The notes: generated from the sequence alone by a model not told the origin. A stretch of DNA of 64,000 nucleotides from Octopus sinensis (GCF_006345805.1 NC_043004.1:61566001-61630000), one strand, 5' to 3'; numbered from the stretch's first letter, positions 40,681 through 53,956 are shown. Made by a program: numbers and translations.

Positions 40681-40789
40681 TAATAATAATTAATGTCTTG
40701 ATGTAATATCAGAAACTGATTGGAAGTATTATCATGTAAATGCTTTATGTTGGTAAAAAATGATGGGCTACAATAAACATTCTGCTCGA

Positions 40790-41150
40790 TACCACAGATT
40801 TGCATGTCCGTTGCTTGACTTTACTTAGTTGAGCATGTCCCTTAGTGACTAACGATATGTGCATCTGTGATCACGAGCAGAAGTAGTAGGTAGCATCATA
40901 GCCATGTGTTAGAAGGAATTCTTTGCAGTTTGAATAATTCGCCTTTGGAAACGTGTTTCGTTCACATTCCTGAAGCAACGCTTATTTTCAGGGAGGTATT
41001 GAGTGGGACGGGATACTTCACCTGAAGAAAATACTAACTGGGCCTCACGTGCAAGGTTATGTGCTTTTTATTTTGATATGATATCACCATGTCGCGCAAA
41101 TATGTTTGTAATGCTGTACCCAGTGTACCCATATCAGGCAGATGTCTATA
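40790..41150 (-). repeat. Unclassified interspersed repeat, family D
   Basis: Reverse-complement homolog of 55030-55295 (catcatagccat...gaattctttg.agtttg.ataattc; atcaccatgtcgcgca). Confidence 0.65.
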
Positions 41151-41194
41151 TTTTGCTCCAAATTCACTTTGATGACATGCATCGCTCTCTAACT

Positions 41195-41357
41195 TGATAA
41201 CAACTTCAACAACAAAAACAGCGGCAAGAACAACAACAACAATAATAATAATAATAATAGTAACAATAATAATAATAATAGTAATAACAATACTAATAAT
41301 ATTAATACTACTAATACTACTACTACTACTAATACTAATACTACTAATACAAATACG

Positions 41358-41434
<77 letters not shown>

Positions 41435-41464
41435 TAATAATACTACTGATACTAATACTAATAA
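41195..41464. repeat. (AAT)n/(TAC)n microsatellite
   Basis: Direct reading of the sequence. Confidence 0.93.
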
Positions 41465-41855
41465 TACTCTCTTACTCTTTTACTCTTTTACTTGTTTCAG
41501 TCATTTGACTCCGGCCATGCTGGAGCACCGCCTTTAGTCGAGCAAATCAACCCCTGGACTTATTCTTTGTAAACCCAGTACTTATTCTATCGGTCTCTTT
41601 TGCCGAACCGCTATGTGACGGGGACATAAACATACCAGCATCGGTTGTCAAGCAATGCTAGGGAGACAAACACAAACTCACAAACATATACACATACATA
41701 TATATACATATATACGACAGCCATCTTTCAGTTTCCGTCTACCAAATCCACTCACAAGGCATTGGTCGGCCCGAGGCTATAGCAGAAGACACTTACCCAA
41801 GATGCCACGTAGTGGGACTGAACCCGGAACCATGTGGTTGGTTAACAAGCTACTT
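41465..41855 (-). mobile_element. SINE family B, body and tail; head separated by the Tx1 insertion
   Basis: Colinear with the intact copy 59065-59464; the missing head is at 47258-47280. Confidence 0.92.
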
Positions 41856-42083
41856 TATTTCATATAATTTGCCATTTAGGCATTTACAAAGAGGGGACAA
41901 ACAAGGACAGACAAATATAAAGGGTGAAGTAGCTTAACACAGTTACAATTTTCGAATGAAATTACGGATAAGATTATAAACAATGAATTTTACGAAGGCA
42001 ATGTTTAAAAATATTAATGATCATGTCGAAGGACGGACACCCAGCCATCCGGGTAGAACCTTTACTTTCTGATCCGGTCACAC

Positions 42084-45000
42084 TTACCTGGTGCCAAACA
42101 TACCCATCTTGTATGCCACAGGCTTCCATCTTTTCACAAACATATCTCGTGACAGACACCTCTTCTCCAGCCTGATTTTGCCACTGAGGTGGTAACTAAA
42201 AAAGTTAATCAACCCCTGGCCGGAGACAAAGGTGCCTGTCACTATACCTTTCGTACGCGTCTTCCATACTGTTTCTTTCAGTATGGCTACTACACAGAAA
42301 AAAAAAGCCTTTCTTTCCCTGTTAAGGAAAGGGGGCGGCACAATCTCGATGATCGACTCAGCTGATAGCTGTACTCTTCCCATCACTGACAACAGTTGTT
42401 CAACAAAAGCTATCAGTCCCGATAACTCCGGACACTCCACGAATGCGTGCAAGACGGTCTCCCTATCCTGCTCACATCGCGGGCATGTCGGCGAGACGGC
42501 ACCACCGTGCCTTGACAGCTTGTCGCGAACAGGTAAAGCCGCACGGAAACACTGCCAGGCCAGGGATTTCTGGTAATTATCCAGATACCCCGGCCCGAAC
42601 GTCCTCCGGAAGAGGTTGACCAACTGATTTTCATCGTAGCCCAGGGTCTCCCCAAAGCGTCTTCGGACTTAATCTCCACTAAACCGCTATAGAAATCCGT
42701 GGTGGAACTCCTGTTGCCGGCGTTGCCCACCCGAGATAGTAGCTGGAGCGCCTGACGGCACTCCAAATGCCATTCACTCAGTTTAGGTCTCCGCTTGATC
42801 CATGCACCGATGTCCGTTAGGGATGTTGACTGGGGAAGGTAGAACCGGACGTGCGGTGACCACACCTGCTCTCCATCCAGGTAAAGCCAGAGGTGCCTCA
42901 ACCTTAACGCGAGTTTTCGCATCCTCAGCCAAGGCATCCCTAGCCCACCCTTTAGCGGTTTCTGGCAGCAGACAGAGCGCTTTCCAAGTGGCTTTCCTCC
43001 TTTCCACAAAAATCGGAAAAGGATTCTCTCCAACTTGTTCAGCCACAAATCGGGGCAAGGCACCACGGTCAGACGGTAGGTGATTACTGATGCTATAAAC
43101 ATCTGCACCACCTCCGCCTTCCCTAGCAGGGATAACGCCCGCCCAGACCAGGTCTGGGTTAGAGCGGTCACCTTGTTGGCCACCTCACTCCAATTTTTCT
43201 CAATCTGGAGGTCTGGCCCGAACCAGACTCCGAGCAGCTTAACAGGACCTTCCGTCCAACGCCCTACGACGTTATTGGACGGCATCGGCTTGCCCCTCCA
43301 GGTGCCGAGTTGCAAACCGACCGACTTGTCCTTGTTAACCTTTGCTCCTGCCACCGCCTCGTAGCTTTTGATGGCCTCTTCCACCACTGGAAGCTGGCCT
43401 TCGTCTGCCACGATGATGGAGGTGTCATCCGCATACGCCGTAGCTCCTCTTCCACACCATAGGTCATGCGGCGCGCCCCCTAGTGCCTCCAACTTCCGCA
43501 GCAAAGGCTCAAGAGCCAATACGTATAGGAGCGAGGACAGGGGACACCCTTGACGAACTGAACGCTCGATCCTGAACGGCTTCGAAAAGGAACCGTTCAC
43601 CTTGACTACAGACTCGATGTCGCTATACAAAGCAGCGATCCAACCTCGAAAGGTCGGGCCTAGGCCAGCCTCTCCGAGGACCGCCGCCAGGTACCGATGG
43701 TCGACCCTATCAAATGCTTTGGACTGGTCTCAATGTACCAGTGCTCCCCCTGCGCCAGAAAGCTTCCCCACCCTCTCTAAGGAGTAGCGTATAAGGTGGA
43801 GATTGTCGTGGATCGTTCTGCCGGGGATAGCGCACGTATGCGCTTCCCCGACAAGTTTGTCCACGACCCGCGCCAACCTTTTTGCTAGCACCTTGGCCAG
43901 AATCTTTAACTCTGTGTTTAACAGAGTTATGGGCCTGAAGTTCCCTATCTCGTCCCCCTTGTTCGGGTCCTTCTTGATCAACGTCACCGCCCCCCGGCTC
44001 GCAGACTTGGGAATTCTCCCATTCTGCTGCCAGTTAGCGTAGACGCTAGCCAGCAGGTGCCCGAACAAGTCTGGCATACTTCTATAAAATTCATAGGGCA
44101 GACCATCGAGACCCGGCGACTTCTTCCCGGGGCACTTGCCCAACACCTCGATTACTTCCTCGGCTGTGATTGGCCCTTCACAGCACTCAGCCTCTCGTGT
44201 CGAGAGGCGCGGGCCACCAGACAGGAAGTCCCTAAGGGCCTCACCATGATCCAGCGTCTAGCACCTCCCGAACAACTCGGCGAAGTGCTTGTGAAGTGCC
44301 TCACACATCTCGTCCCGCTTCTTGATCGTGCATCCGTTTTCATCAACAAGAGACCCAATTGTGGCATCGTTTCCACGCTGTGTTTCTATCGTACGGGCCC
44401 ATCCGGAAACATTAATTCCCTCACGGCCCAATGCTCGTACTTTAGCCCGGACTCTACATCCCTCATGTTTGGTTTTGAGGTGACGGTCTAATGCCGTTCT
44501 CGCCGCTAAAATGTGAGATGCAGAGCCCAACCTCAACGCCTCCTCTAAGTTCTTAACTAGTTGCCCTTCTATTCTAGCCCTATCTAGTCTTAGTTGTTTA
44601 GTAAATCTAATGGACTCGAATCGAATGGCTCTTTTGAGGGTGAACCACCACCGGTTATTAACCACGGCTCCAGTTAACGCCCTCTGCACTAACACCTTAA
44701 TCGGACTACGGTATGCCTCGCGTGTCAAAATAGACTTGTTCAGCTTCCAGTAGCCAGTTCCTATCTTAAGTGTGCTATCTATGTCCAGTCTACACGTGAC
44801 CATTCTATGGTCAGTATAGGGCACCTGGACGAGCTGTGGACAACTAAAACTAGACTTATCTCTAGTTCTTATCACTATCCTGTCTAGATAAGACTTGAAC
44901 CTTCCGTCGCCACTCATCCAGGTCCACTCTGGGACGTTCGGATGGTCAAGTCTGTAACGATCTGCCAGCTGAAACCGCTTAAGCAGATCCACGAGACGTG

Positions 45001-45468
45001 AGTTCACTTTCCTATAGATCGAGCCAACGCTATCGATGTGTACGTCAACGATAGCATTAAAGTCCCCTAATATCACTAAAGTCTTCGACGTCACGAGAAA
45101 GCCCTCTAGGCGCCGATAAAAATCAGTTTGGAAACCTCTAGCACAAGGTGCATAGAGTCCGATCAACCTGAAGGACTTACTGCTGTATGTCACATCAAGG
45201 ACGACCAGCCCACCTTCTGGGTCTACATAGACAGTACTTGTCTGTAGAGCCAAGTCTTTACGCCCCCTCGCCCTCCGGTCTGGCCAGGAGACATGATTTT
45301 CTCGTAGCCATTCAGGAGAGGCGAGAAGGTTTGTAGGCTGTCCAGCTTGGTCTCTGTAGCAACCATCACATGTATATCATGTGATCTGAGGTCGTCGAGG
45401 AAACAAGCCTGCTTCCACTTCGAACTCAGACCACGCACATTTAAACAACCAAGGTTAAGCGAAGCCAT
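42084..45468 (-). pseudogene. Tx1-clade ORF2 (APE endonuclease, RT, C-terminal CCHC), disrupted
   Basis: MASLNLGCLNVRGL, TETK, GDFN, YLDR, TDH, GYWKLN (APE); SPGLDGLPYEFY, NFRPITLLNTELKI, DQSKAFDRVDH, QGCPLS, YADD (RT); CPRCEQDRETVLHAFVEC. Lesions: frameshift at about 45260, in-frame TAG at 44258, in-frame TGA at 43730, frameshift at about 42650. Confidence 0.92.
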
Positions 45469-45485
45469 TACAAAAAGTAAAAGTT

Positions 45486-46889
45486 CTACTTACATTTCGT
45501 TGGAGAGGTGGGGGCCGACCTCACCACACATTTGTGGGCCCCTTCTTTCTCCTCTTTCTTCAGATAGTCCGGCAAGTTCGCGATATGCCGGATGGCGTTT
45601 GGGTGTCTGTCTTTTAATTGTTTGAACGTTGTTTCCGCAATCCACGCGTGTCTATTTCGATCTTTGTATTTGTTGTACAGTCTTGCTGACTGATGCTGAA
45701 CCACAATATCGTTTATGTATTTGTCTTGTGTGTCGAATTCAATTAATATGAGTTCATTTTCTTTTTTGTCTTCTTTTTCTGGGCCTGTTGAGCGGGATTT
45801 TTTTTTCCGTGTCTGTGGTGTGTCTTTGTTTTTATTATTTTTTGTAGGGGATGTGGACGGGGATGCTGCACGAATTCTTTTACGAACTGGTGTAAATCCC
45901 CCCTCTGATACCTCCATGGTATCGTCTGGGGTGGCAATGGTTTGTTCGGTAGGCGCCGCTTTTTTTAGGGGGGCGGGAGGTTTTAATAGTGTAGGGGTTT
46001 GTGAGTGCGAGGGCTGGGTTTTTTCTTCAGTCTGTTTTTGGGTTGGCACCGTAACAGCGGGAGTGGGATTTTTTGTTTTTGTAGGGGTAGGTGTGTTTGC
46101 AAGGGTAGGAACTTTTTTATTATCTGAGGGGCTTGGTGTCTGCGGTTTCTTTTGCTTGTCTGGACAGTCTACACGAATGTGGCCCTTTTTGCCGCAGGCG
46201 TAACAGGTGGGTTTTCGGCCTTCGACCTGTACCCTGAGGGCTACGTTCTCGCCCACGAGCACCCTCTCAGGAAGGAGCTGCAGGTCCTTCGCTGTTCCTT
46301 GAATTAATATATTAATGTTACGCCCGAGCCAAAATCGAGGGGTAGAGCATGTTACTTCTAGTATTTTTATTTTGTCCGCCCTTTTATATAACAGGGCGGC
46401 CACTACCTCTACCGGATCTACTTCCGGCGGGGCCTCAACAATCCTGACCCGGGACGTCCTGCGTCCCCTATAGCTTGGAAAAAGTACCACCTCCTTGGTT
46501 TTTAGGGGGTTCACAGAATGCCCGCGGGCCATTTCTTCCCCCGAGAAGCGGACATCCACAGTGCCATATGCCCGTCCCCTGGCGACGTACACGATGTCCT
46601 TCCAAATCGGGGACAGGCATTTCTCGATGGTGCTTTTTTCAAAGTGTTCGAACCTTCTGCTTTGTGGACAGAAAGTTTTAAACACTACGGTCCGCTTCTC
46701 GGTCTCCACGATACTGGCGGAGGGTGATATTTTAACATCACCACCCTCCTCTTGCATTCTTTTAAATAGCTCGACGAGCTGGTTGACATCGATGTCAATT
46801 TTCTCGGTAGCCACTGCGGCTACCTTAGAAAATTTTTTAACATTGCTCTCCTCAAGAGCACTACTTTCGTGAATAATTTCAACAGACAT
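45486..46889 (-). CDS. Tx1-clade ORF1 (gag-like, zinc knuckle), intact, 467 aa from the first ATG
   Basis: ATG at 46889 (the ORF track starts at a TTG, 46913); CYACGKKGHIRVDC knuckle, Pro/Thr-rich region and basic NLS-like RKKKSR; stop 17 nt before the ORF2 ATG. Confidence 0.85.
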   Translation of the reverse strand: MSVEIIHESSALEESNVKKFSKVAAVATEKIDIDVNQLVELFKRMQEEGGDVKISPSASIVETEKRTVVFKTFCPQSRRFEHFEKSTIEKCLSPIWKDIVYVARGRAYGTVDVRFSGEEMARGHSVNPLKTKEVVLFPSYRGRRTSRVRIVEAPPEVDPVEVVAALLYKRADKIKILEVTCSTPRFWLGRNINILIQGTAKDLQLLPERVLVGENVALRVQVEGRKPTCYACGKKGHIRVDCPDKQKKPQTPSPSDNKKVPTLANTPTPTKTKNPTPAVTVPTQKQTEEKTQPSHSQTPTLLKPPAPLKKAAPTEQTIATPDDTMEVSEGGFTPVRKRIRAASPSTSPTKNNKNKDTPQTRKKKSRSTGPEKEDKKENELILIEFDTQDKYINDIVVQHQSARLYNKYKDRNRHAWIAETTFKQLKDRHPNAIRHIANLPDYLKKEEKEGAHKCVVRSAPTSPTKCK

Positions 46890-47257
46890 TATTCTGTTGA
46901 AATTAGACAACACAAAAATTACGAGTATTGGTTTCCCACAAAACTGGGAAACCTATAGAAAGTTTTTCTTCCAAAGTAGTTCAAAAAAGCAGTTCAAAAA
47001 TTCCAATTCCCACCCCCATTCGGGGGAGGGGCACGAAAATAGTCTGGCAGGACTATGTATAGTCACGTAAATAAAAAGCCACAGTGGCTAACAGTTCAAC
47101 GGTAAGAAATTATTCAATTATTTCCCGGTAAAACCGGAGAACAAGACAGTTCAGCAACGTTTAAAGGCAAATTTTCAGTAGTAGGAATTCAACAATTAAC
47201 AACACAGCAAAAACTCTTACCGGGAAGAAAACGGTCAGTGAGGTTAACAAGCTACTT

Positions 47258-47280
47258 ACCACACAGCCACTCCTGCGCCT
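47258..47280 (-). mobile_element. SINE family B head (A box), split off by the Tx1 insertion
   Basis: Reverse complement AGGCGCAGGAGTGGCTGTGTGGT, matching the start of 59065. Confidence 0.9.
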
Positions 47281-47282
47281 AT

Positions 47283-47309
47283 ACTACTATAATAATAATA
47301 ATAATAATA

Positions 47310-47368
<59 letters not shown>

Positions 47369-47398
47369 GATGATGAAGATGAGGATGATGACGATGAC

Positions 47399-47430
<32 letters not shown>

Positions 47431-47450
47431 GGAGGAGGAGGAGGAGGAGG
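47283..47450. repeat. (AAT)n(ATG)n(AGG)n compound microsatellite
   Basis: Direct reading of the sequence. Confidence 0.95.
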
Positions 47451-47454
47451 ATAT

Positions 47455-47585
47455 TTCGAGGGTGGTAGAGCTTATACAGCTAGAATACTACTACTAAATA
47501 ACCAGTATAGAACTACAGGAAACCCTACTTCAGAAGCAAGCAAAACTAATACAAATAGTAAGAAAACACGAACAAGATATAAAGC
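47455..47585 (+). mobile_element. Dong/R4 fragment
   Basis: EGGRxLIQLEYYY...TSIELQETLLQKQAKLIQIVRKHEQDIK, homologous to EGGRGLIKL...TTIGLQKYLLQKQGKLIQIATKHEQ in the 54030-55020 copy. Confidence 0.65.
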
Positions 47586-50500
47586 TATATATATATGCGT
47601 TTGTTTGCTACTGGTTTGAGTGAATAAATGTAATTATATTATATAAGCGTATTCGTATGTGCATATACATGTGTGTGTGATTATGTGTATATACATGCAT
47701 TTTGTATAGCGATTTTGTGAAGGCTATGACACTTCATCACTATAAAAATGAATGCACAAATAGCATGTGTAAAAATATTTCGCAAATCATATGTATGCAC
47801 CTTCTCCACAGCACATTCCATATTTATGTAGCCTGTCACTATTTCTATGCATGTATTAATGATTTAATGTATACTGCTGATAGGGGCTGTTTGTAATTTC
47901 TGTATCGACATCTAAAAATTGGTTGAACACATAACGATATGCTATGCAAATTTAGTTTTGTCATTCTTGCTTTTCGTCAAATTGAACCACAAAGCAGCCT
48001 TGATAATACGTTTTAAATACGTTAAACGGCCGCTCACTACGTTCAGTGACGCTTTTCGGTTTTGAAGACTGTCGAATGTGTTGTGTTAATGGAAAACGGA
48101 CTGCTATGATTCACGTGTTAACTAAAAACTTGGATTATTTTCCAAATCTATATTTAGTTACTCTGCCTATTGTTGCGTTATGTGCGCCATCAGGTGCAAG
48201 ATATACAGTTTTTGAATATTAATATGAGGTGATAATATTCTGCAACTTTCGTGTAGAATGCTACGCACACAAGCTTAAATTCATATTGCACATATACACG
48301 TACATATACACGCAGATTTGATATAGATATAGACAGATGGATAGAGAGATAGAGGGAACGAGAGGGAGGGAGAGAGAGAAACAGAGAGAGAGAGAGAGAG
48401 TAAGAATGGGAGGGAAAGAGAATTAGATACACAATACTTATAACAAAATTTATTCCGTTGGCGCTTTCTGCCATAGATATCATCTTCGTAAATGTTCAGT
48501 CAGCAAGAAAGACTGTTTGTCTCATAATACAATCCATGACATTATCTAAATCGGTGTCTGGATCTCGATGTTCTGTTTATTGAGACTACGCATTAAATGT
48601 AAGAAGTGATCATTTCCAGTTCACTGAAAAGCGAATAGATGCATTTTTTTAAGAGAGGAAATTTTTTCTTGGTATCATAAGAGATGATATATACCAGTAA
48701 TTGTAACTCGGTTTTCTATGTAGGTTCTTGACACCTTTTCTACCACATGGCATATATTAACTTATTTATGAATGATGTGTGTGGAGATGCTCTCTCCAAT
48801 AACTCTTGTTTGTAGGAAGCAATGTTTCACATTATATTCAGTCTTAAAATTCGAGTACTTTTCTGGTCTGTGAATCAGCTGTATTTGCAGATGAAAAAAA
48901 ATGGTTGTATAAAGAAATAATATGATGCCTTGGAGATTGTATTACATTGCATAGAGACAGCGTGATGGACATGTCTCCTATTCAGGTTGAAACTAAGAAG
49001 AATGAAAATGTAAAATTTCAACTCACCCATATCAGAGAGAATATCTTGATGTTGTATAAATTCCTTTGAAACAACACTCAAATGCGCCAAAGCTTGATTT
49101 TATCTATTTTTTCTATATGCCAATGAAATTGCTTGAGTAAATATGTTCTTGATGATAAAAAATGGCATAATTCCAAGTTCCCCATGCAACTATAGCTGGT
49201 CACAAATGAAGTTTATAAAATTACTGAAGATGTAATTACAATTTTGCGAATTCTAGAAACAGCTTACCAGTAACTCATGAGAAGGTGATGCTAACATTTC
49301 TGGATACATCAACATACATACATGTATGCATACACACATAGATAATTATATACATAGATATTATATACATAGATAAACAATCACACTTACACACGTATAT
49401 AAGTAACGAAAGAGCAAGGGAGATATATTGGGATAGTAAGAGGGAGGAAGAAGGACAGTAAACAACATATATGTCAATATAAGGAATTGCAATATAAAAA
49501 AAATAGTGAAAATAAACACGCGGAAATTACATTTGCACAAAATTTTTACGTAACGTGTTATAAATGTCCAACAAATTTACCTGTCATCTCTGATCTAAAA
49601 CTATGCATTCTTCTTCAATATACTCATGAGATATCATTTAATATTAGTTTGCTTTATATATAAACGGGAATAAGTTGTCATACATTGCCATCAAACTGTA
49701 GCAAGAAATAGATTTTGTTTTTATGAACCTGTATGTAGGGACATGGGATTTGAACAATAGATTCCAGAAGTTATTTTGATAGCATCAATTTAGAGTCATG
49801 GTTTGGAAGAACTGAAGTGATAGAAGAAATATATTCCAGTATTTTGATTCCATAATTGAACTGCTGGGGTCAAATCTCACAGCTGTTAATTTTACCATGC
49901 ATTTTATTTTTAAAAGTTTGTCAGAATACAGAGAAGTATTATAGGATTTATAATAGTCAGAATAGTATTTTTGCTAGGGTTTTCATTCGTTTGTGTTAGC
50001 CGCTATTGGGACGAACACAGCAATCCCATGTCAAGGTCGATATCTTCTTGTCTCCCAACAACTTAATATTAGAGTGGAAGTACCTAGACGAAAATCTTTC
50101 TTTTATAAGATTTATTTTGCGTCTATCGAGCCGCGATCAATAGAATAATCATCAATTATTTCTAGAGACCATTTAATTGAATATACATTTTTCCTTCTAT
50201 GGCATGTCGTCCATGTTAAAAAGAACCACAACGAGAGACTCTGTGTTTAGTCTACAAGAGCAGTGAAATACTCCTAAGATAAAAACTTCTAATTTGAGAA
50301 ACAGTCTGAATAATATAATCTATTACCTGTTACACCAGAATAGCATATTAGTTAGCTACAAATGAAATGCATTTTGTTCAAGTTCGGCTACAGTGCAGTC
50401 CACCTGGGACGAAATGATAATAAGGCCGGCCAAAAGGGGTATACGTCATGTGATTGTTACTACTGCTACATTTAGAGTTCCAAAGGTTCTCTAATTGGAA

Positions 50501-50749
50501 ATTTAAGCTCAGCTAGCGTTTCTATATATATTGCATAGGTAATACCCTACCGAATGCTGCCTGGCATGCAGAATGCTTCCTTGTATATTTCATCTAATCT
50601 TTTTCCCCCATTTATAATATGATTGAAACAATAATATTAGTAATGACAACAACGACATCAACAGTATCAACAACAGCAAACAAATATTAACACCACTAAT
50701 AAATAAAAGAGTAAAAATGAAAGCTAATTGCAAAAAAACGAAGTGGAAA

Positions 50750-52400
50750 AACACACGAACCTTATGGTGTCCAGAGTTTCTGACTCAAGTATCTCCCAAG
50801 TACACACAGCTATATACAGCCATTTATTACTGGTTGCATAGAAAATAGAAAACCAACATGGATGGCAAAAGGAACGACAGTACTGATGGAGAAGGAACCA
50901 GAAAAGATAGGGAAATTCAGCAATTACAGACCTATTACTTGCTTACCGTTACTCTGGAAACAATAGACCGGCTTCATAGCAGATGAAGATATAATTGTTT
51001 TGGAAAAGGATAACCTATTGCCAGACGAACAAAAGCGATTTAGGAAAAATACAGAAAAACTTCTTATTTGCTCTATATAAAATGTAGAATATTAAATAAG
51101 CACGATGAGGAAGAAGAATAAGCTACTAAATGGATAGATTACATGAAGGATTATGACGCAGCTTAGAGTTTCTGAGAACGCTCGGAGTGAATGAAAAGAT
51201 GAGCAACTTTTTGGAGAAAGCAATGAGTGTGAGGGAAATAGAATGGATATGGGCAAAGGAAAAACTTCATTCTCTCCATTATTTTTCATCATTGCGCTAA
51301 CCCCTCTGACAAATATACTTGTCCAGGTTTGCCTATGAGTTTACCAAACAAAATTTAAGCCATAAATACATGGGTTATGGCCATATTGAAATATTCTGCT
51401 CCCTTTGTGAACTGTATAAAGTCCGAGGTACAGGACTTGAATAAAGGAAATTGAAAGCTACTTAGACCTATTATACCTACGAAAAAAGGAAAGTGTCAGA
51501 GAATTAATTAACGTTGAACACATTGTTAATATTGCGACACTGAGTCTTAAAAATTATGTTGTGCAGACTAAAGGATGGGTTCAGTTGGTCACCCGAGATA
51601 ATCCCAAAGTGGACCGAAATAGTATTCAACGACGACACAGTATATAACAAGAAACGTAACAGATGGAATGATATGGAATTACATGAGTAATTCAAACGAC
51701 AAACCGATATTGTCAGAAAGTAAGGACCACTGGCTCTGGTTAAAGGTCGAGAACTTCAAATGAGAGAGAAACTCAATTTTTAGCTGCTCAAAAACAATGA
51801 ATATCATAAAAGCAAATATCTCAGTCAGATAGTTAACGTACCATCTGCAGGAAAATATACAAAAGTAACAATCATCATTGGAATGATAGCAGAACACTAC
51901 CAGAGCAGGACTATCAGTGAAGACATAACTGTGTAGATGAGTGTATTGGGATGTTTCCAGAGTGAGTGGCTTGAAAACAATGACATATCGTATAAGCACG
52001 AATCTAAGACTGATGAAAAATGAGGATTACAATCTCGTGGCATTTCCTCATTGAGGCTGACCTTACGATTGAAGTAATATGAGCAGATATGAGAACAAAA
52101 TAAACAACTAGCGTAACATCAGAGATTGCGCAAGTCTCTATGACAACCGAGTCGATAGGAAGGAAATAAAAAAAAAAAAAATGAAAAATATGTACTCTTA
52201 CCCACAAAGCTGAGGAGACTATTTGAAGACGAAAGCAAAAACTATTCCTGTGTTAATTGGTGTACTTGGCACAGAATCTGAAACGCTACCTAAAAGACTG
52301 AAAGTAGTCGGAATTGAAACTCGCATTGTCGACAAGTAGGAAACCACCATCTTATATTCCAAAAGAATTCGAATAATGAGAAAACGTGTCTCCAAACATC
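50750..52400 (+). mobile_element. Old, highly degenerate Dong/R4 LINE
   Basis: PTWMAKGTTVLMEKEPEK..SNYRPITCLPLLWK, LLPDEQK, WIDYMKDYD, SPLFFIIALTPL, and C-terminal remnants up to VLIGVLG. Confidence 0.75.
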
Positions 52401-52460
52401 ATGAATCGGAAGAATGAGACTGCTAAACAATATGGTATGTACTAGCGTAATGATAAAAAT

Positions 52461-52492
<32 letters not shown>

Positions 52493-52504
52493 TTGCTACT
52501 AAAA

Positions 52505-52605
52505 ATAATAATATTCCTTTGAAAGACAAGGTATGAAATTTGTTGGGGACGGAATTGGTCGATTACTTCTATTTCACTGTTACTTAATAGTAGAAGCAGC
52601 AGTGA

Positions 52606-52653
<48 letters not shown>

Positions 52654-52695
52654 GGGAGGAGGAGTGGTGATGCTGGTGGTGATGAGGGTAGTAGC

Positions 52696-52751
<56 letters not shown>

Positions 52752-52920
52752 ACTACTGCTGCTGCTGTTGCTGCTAAAACTAAAACAAAATTGAAAATAA
52801 ACCTTTCAGACACAAATGCAAAATCGACTCCAGTGGGATTTTAACTCAGAACGTAAAAGCAGACGTTATGCCACTAAATATGTTGCCCGGTGTGCTAATT
52901 ATTCTGACAGCTCTCAGCCT
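52505..52920 (-). mobile_element. SINE family C interrupted by a (TAG)n array
   Basis: Head (reverse complement of 52830-52920: gagctgtcagaataattagcacaccgggc...ttacgttctgagtt) and tail at 52505-52580; (TAG)n in between. Confidence 0.55.
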
Positions 52921-52924
52921 TATA

Positions 52925-53567
52925 TAATAACAAGTAACTGCAGAATATGTGGAGATAGAAAAGAAACAATAAATCATATTATCTCTGGCTGCCCAGTCCT
53001 GGCTAAGAAGGAATATATTCACAGACATGACAGAGTTGGAACCTATATACACTAGAAGCTATGCAAACATTATGGAATAACAACAGAAAAAAGATGGTAT
53101 AGGCACACACCAGAAAAGGTCTCAGAAAACGAGAAAGCAGCCATACTCTGGGATATGCCAGTACACTTAGATAGGGAAATTAAGGCCAACAGACCAGATA
53201 TAGTTGTCAGAGATCATGAAGGAAAAAATGCTTTCTAATTGATGTATCAATACCGGCAGATGACAACGTGTCTCTAAAAGAAATGGAGAAACTTTCAAAA
53301 TACAAAGAACTGGAAATAGAGGTAACCAGAATGTGGAATCGAAAAACAGAAACAATTCCTATCACTGTAGGTGCATTAGGCATGATAAAAAATATTCAGA
53401 CAAATACATAACAAAAACACCAGGACTTACAAACACATATAACATACAGAAAATTGCACTTTCCATACAATAACCATCAGAGCATCACAACAAATCACAG
53501 CACATACCCAAGGCACACAGAGCTGCGCTCGGTAGTGAAGTGAAAGCACGCTATAAAAATAAAACTA

Positions 53568-53575
<8 letters not shown>
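52925..53575 (+). mobile_element. Dong/R4 3' fragment (zinc knuckle, RLE, 3' UTR) with (AAT)n tail
   Basis: ITSNCRICGDRKETINHIISGC...RHDRVG...ANRPDIV...LIDVSIP...SKYKELE; followed by (AAT)n at 53572-53700. Confidence 0.88.
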
Positions 53576-53639
<64 letters not shown>

Positions 53640-53734
53640 TACAACAACAAATATAATAATGATAATAATATCAATAATTATCATCATCATCATCATTACT
53701 ATTATTCCTTCGTAACACAGTGTACTCTCTGTTT

Positions 53735-53924
53735 ACACTTTACACTTTAACTTTTTCAGTCAGTTGAATGCGGCCATGCTGGAGCACGGCCTTTTGTCGA
53801 GAAAATCGACATCAGGACTTATTGTTTGTAAGCCTAGTACTTATTCTCTTTTGAAGAACCGCTAAGGTACGGGGACGTAAACACCACCATCGGTTGTCAA
53901 GCGACGTTGGATGGACAAACACAA

Positions 53925-53935
<11 letters not shown>
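53735..53935 (-). mobile_element. SINE family B, 5'-truncated
   Basis: Reverse-complement match to 59290-59460. Confidence 0.75.

Positions 53936-53956
<21 letters not shown>

Larger units (their letters stand above)
41856..47241 (-). mobile_element. Full-length Tx1/L1-clade LINE, 5386 bp
   Basis: Perfect 16-bp TSD GGTTAACAAGCTACTT (41840-41855 / 47242-47257); 5' UTR, ORF1, ORF2 (APE-RT-zinc knuckle) and a 228-nt 3' UTR; GC content much higher than the flanks. Confidence 0.95.

Noticed and set aside
42232-46872. Plus-strand ORFs overlapping the Tx1 element
   Set aside because: Antisense shadows of a GC-richer coding strand; no recognisable domains.
45486-46889. Selective preservation (domestication) of Tx1 ORF1
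   Set aside because: Four lesions in about 3.4 kb of ORF2 predict about 1.7 in 1.4 kb; observing zero has a Poisson probability near 0.19, which is not significant.
48870-49300. Minus-strand GTGAGT donor and 71-aa ORF as part of a second host gene
   Set aside because: No matching acceptor with an open frame and no recognisable protein motif.
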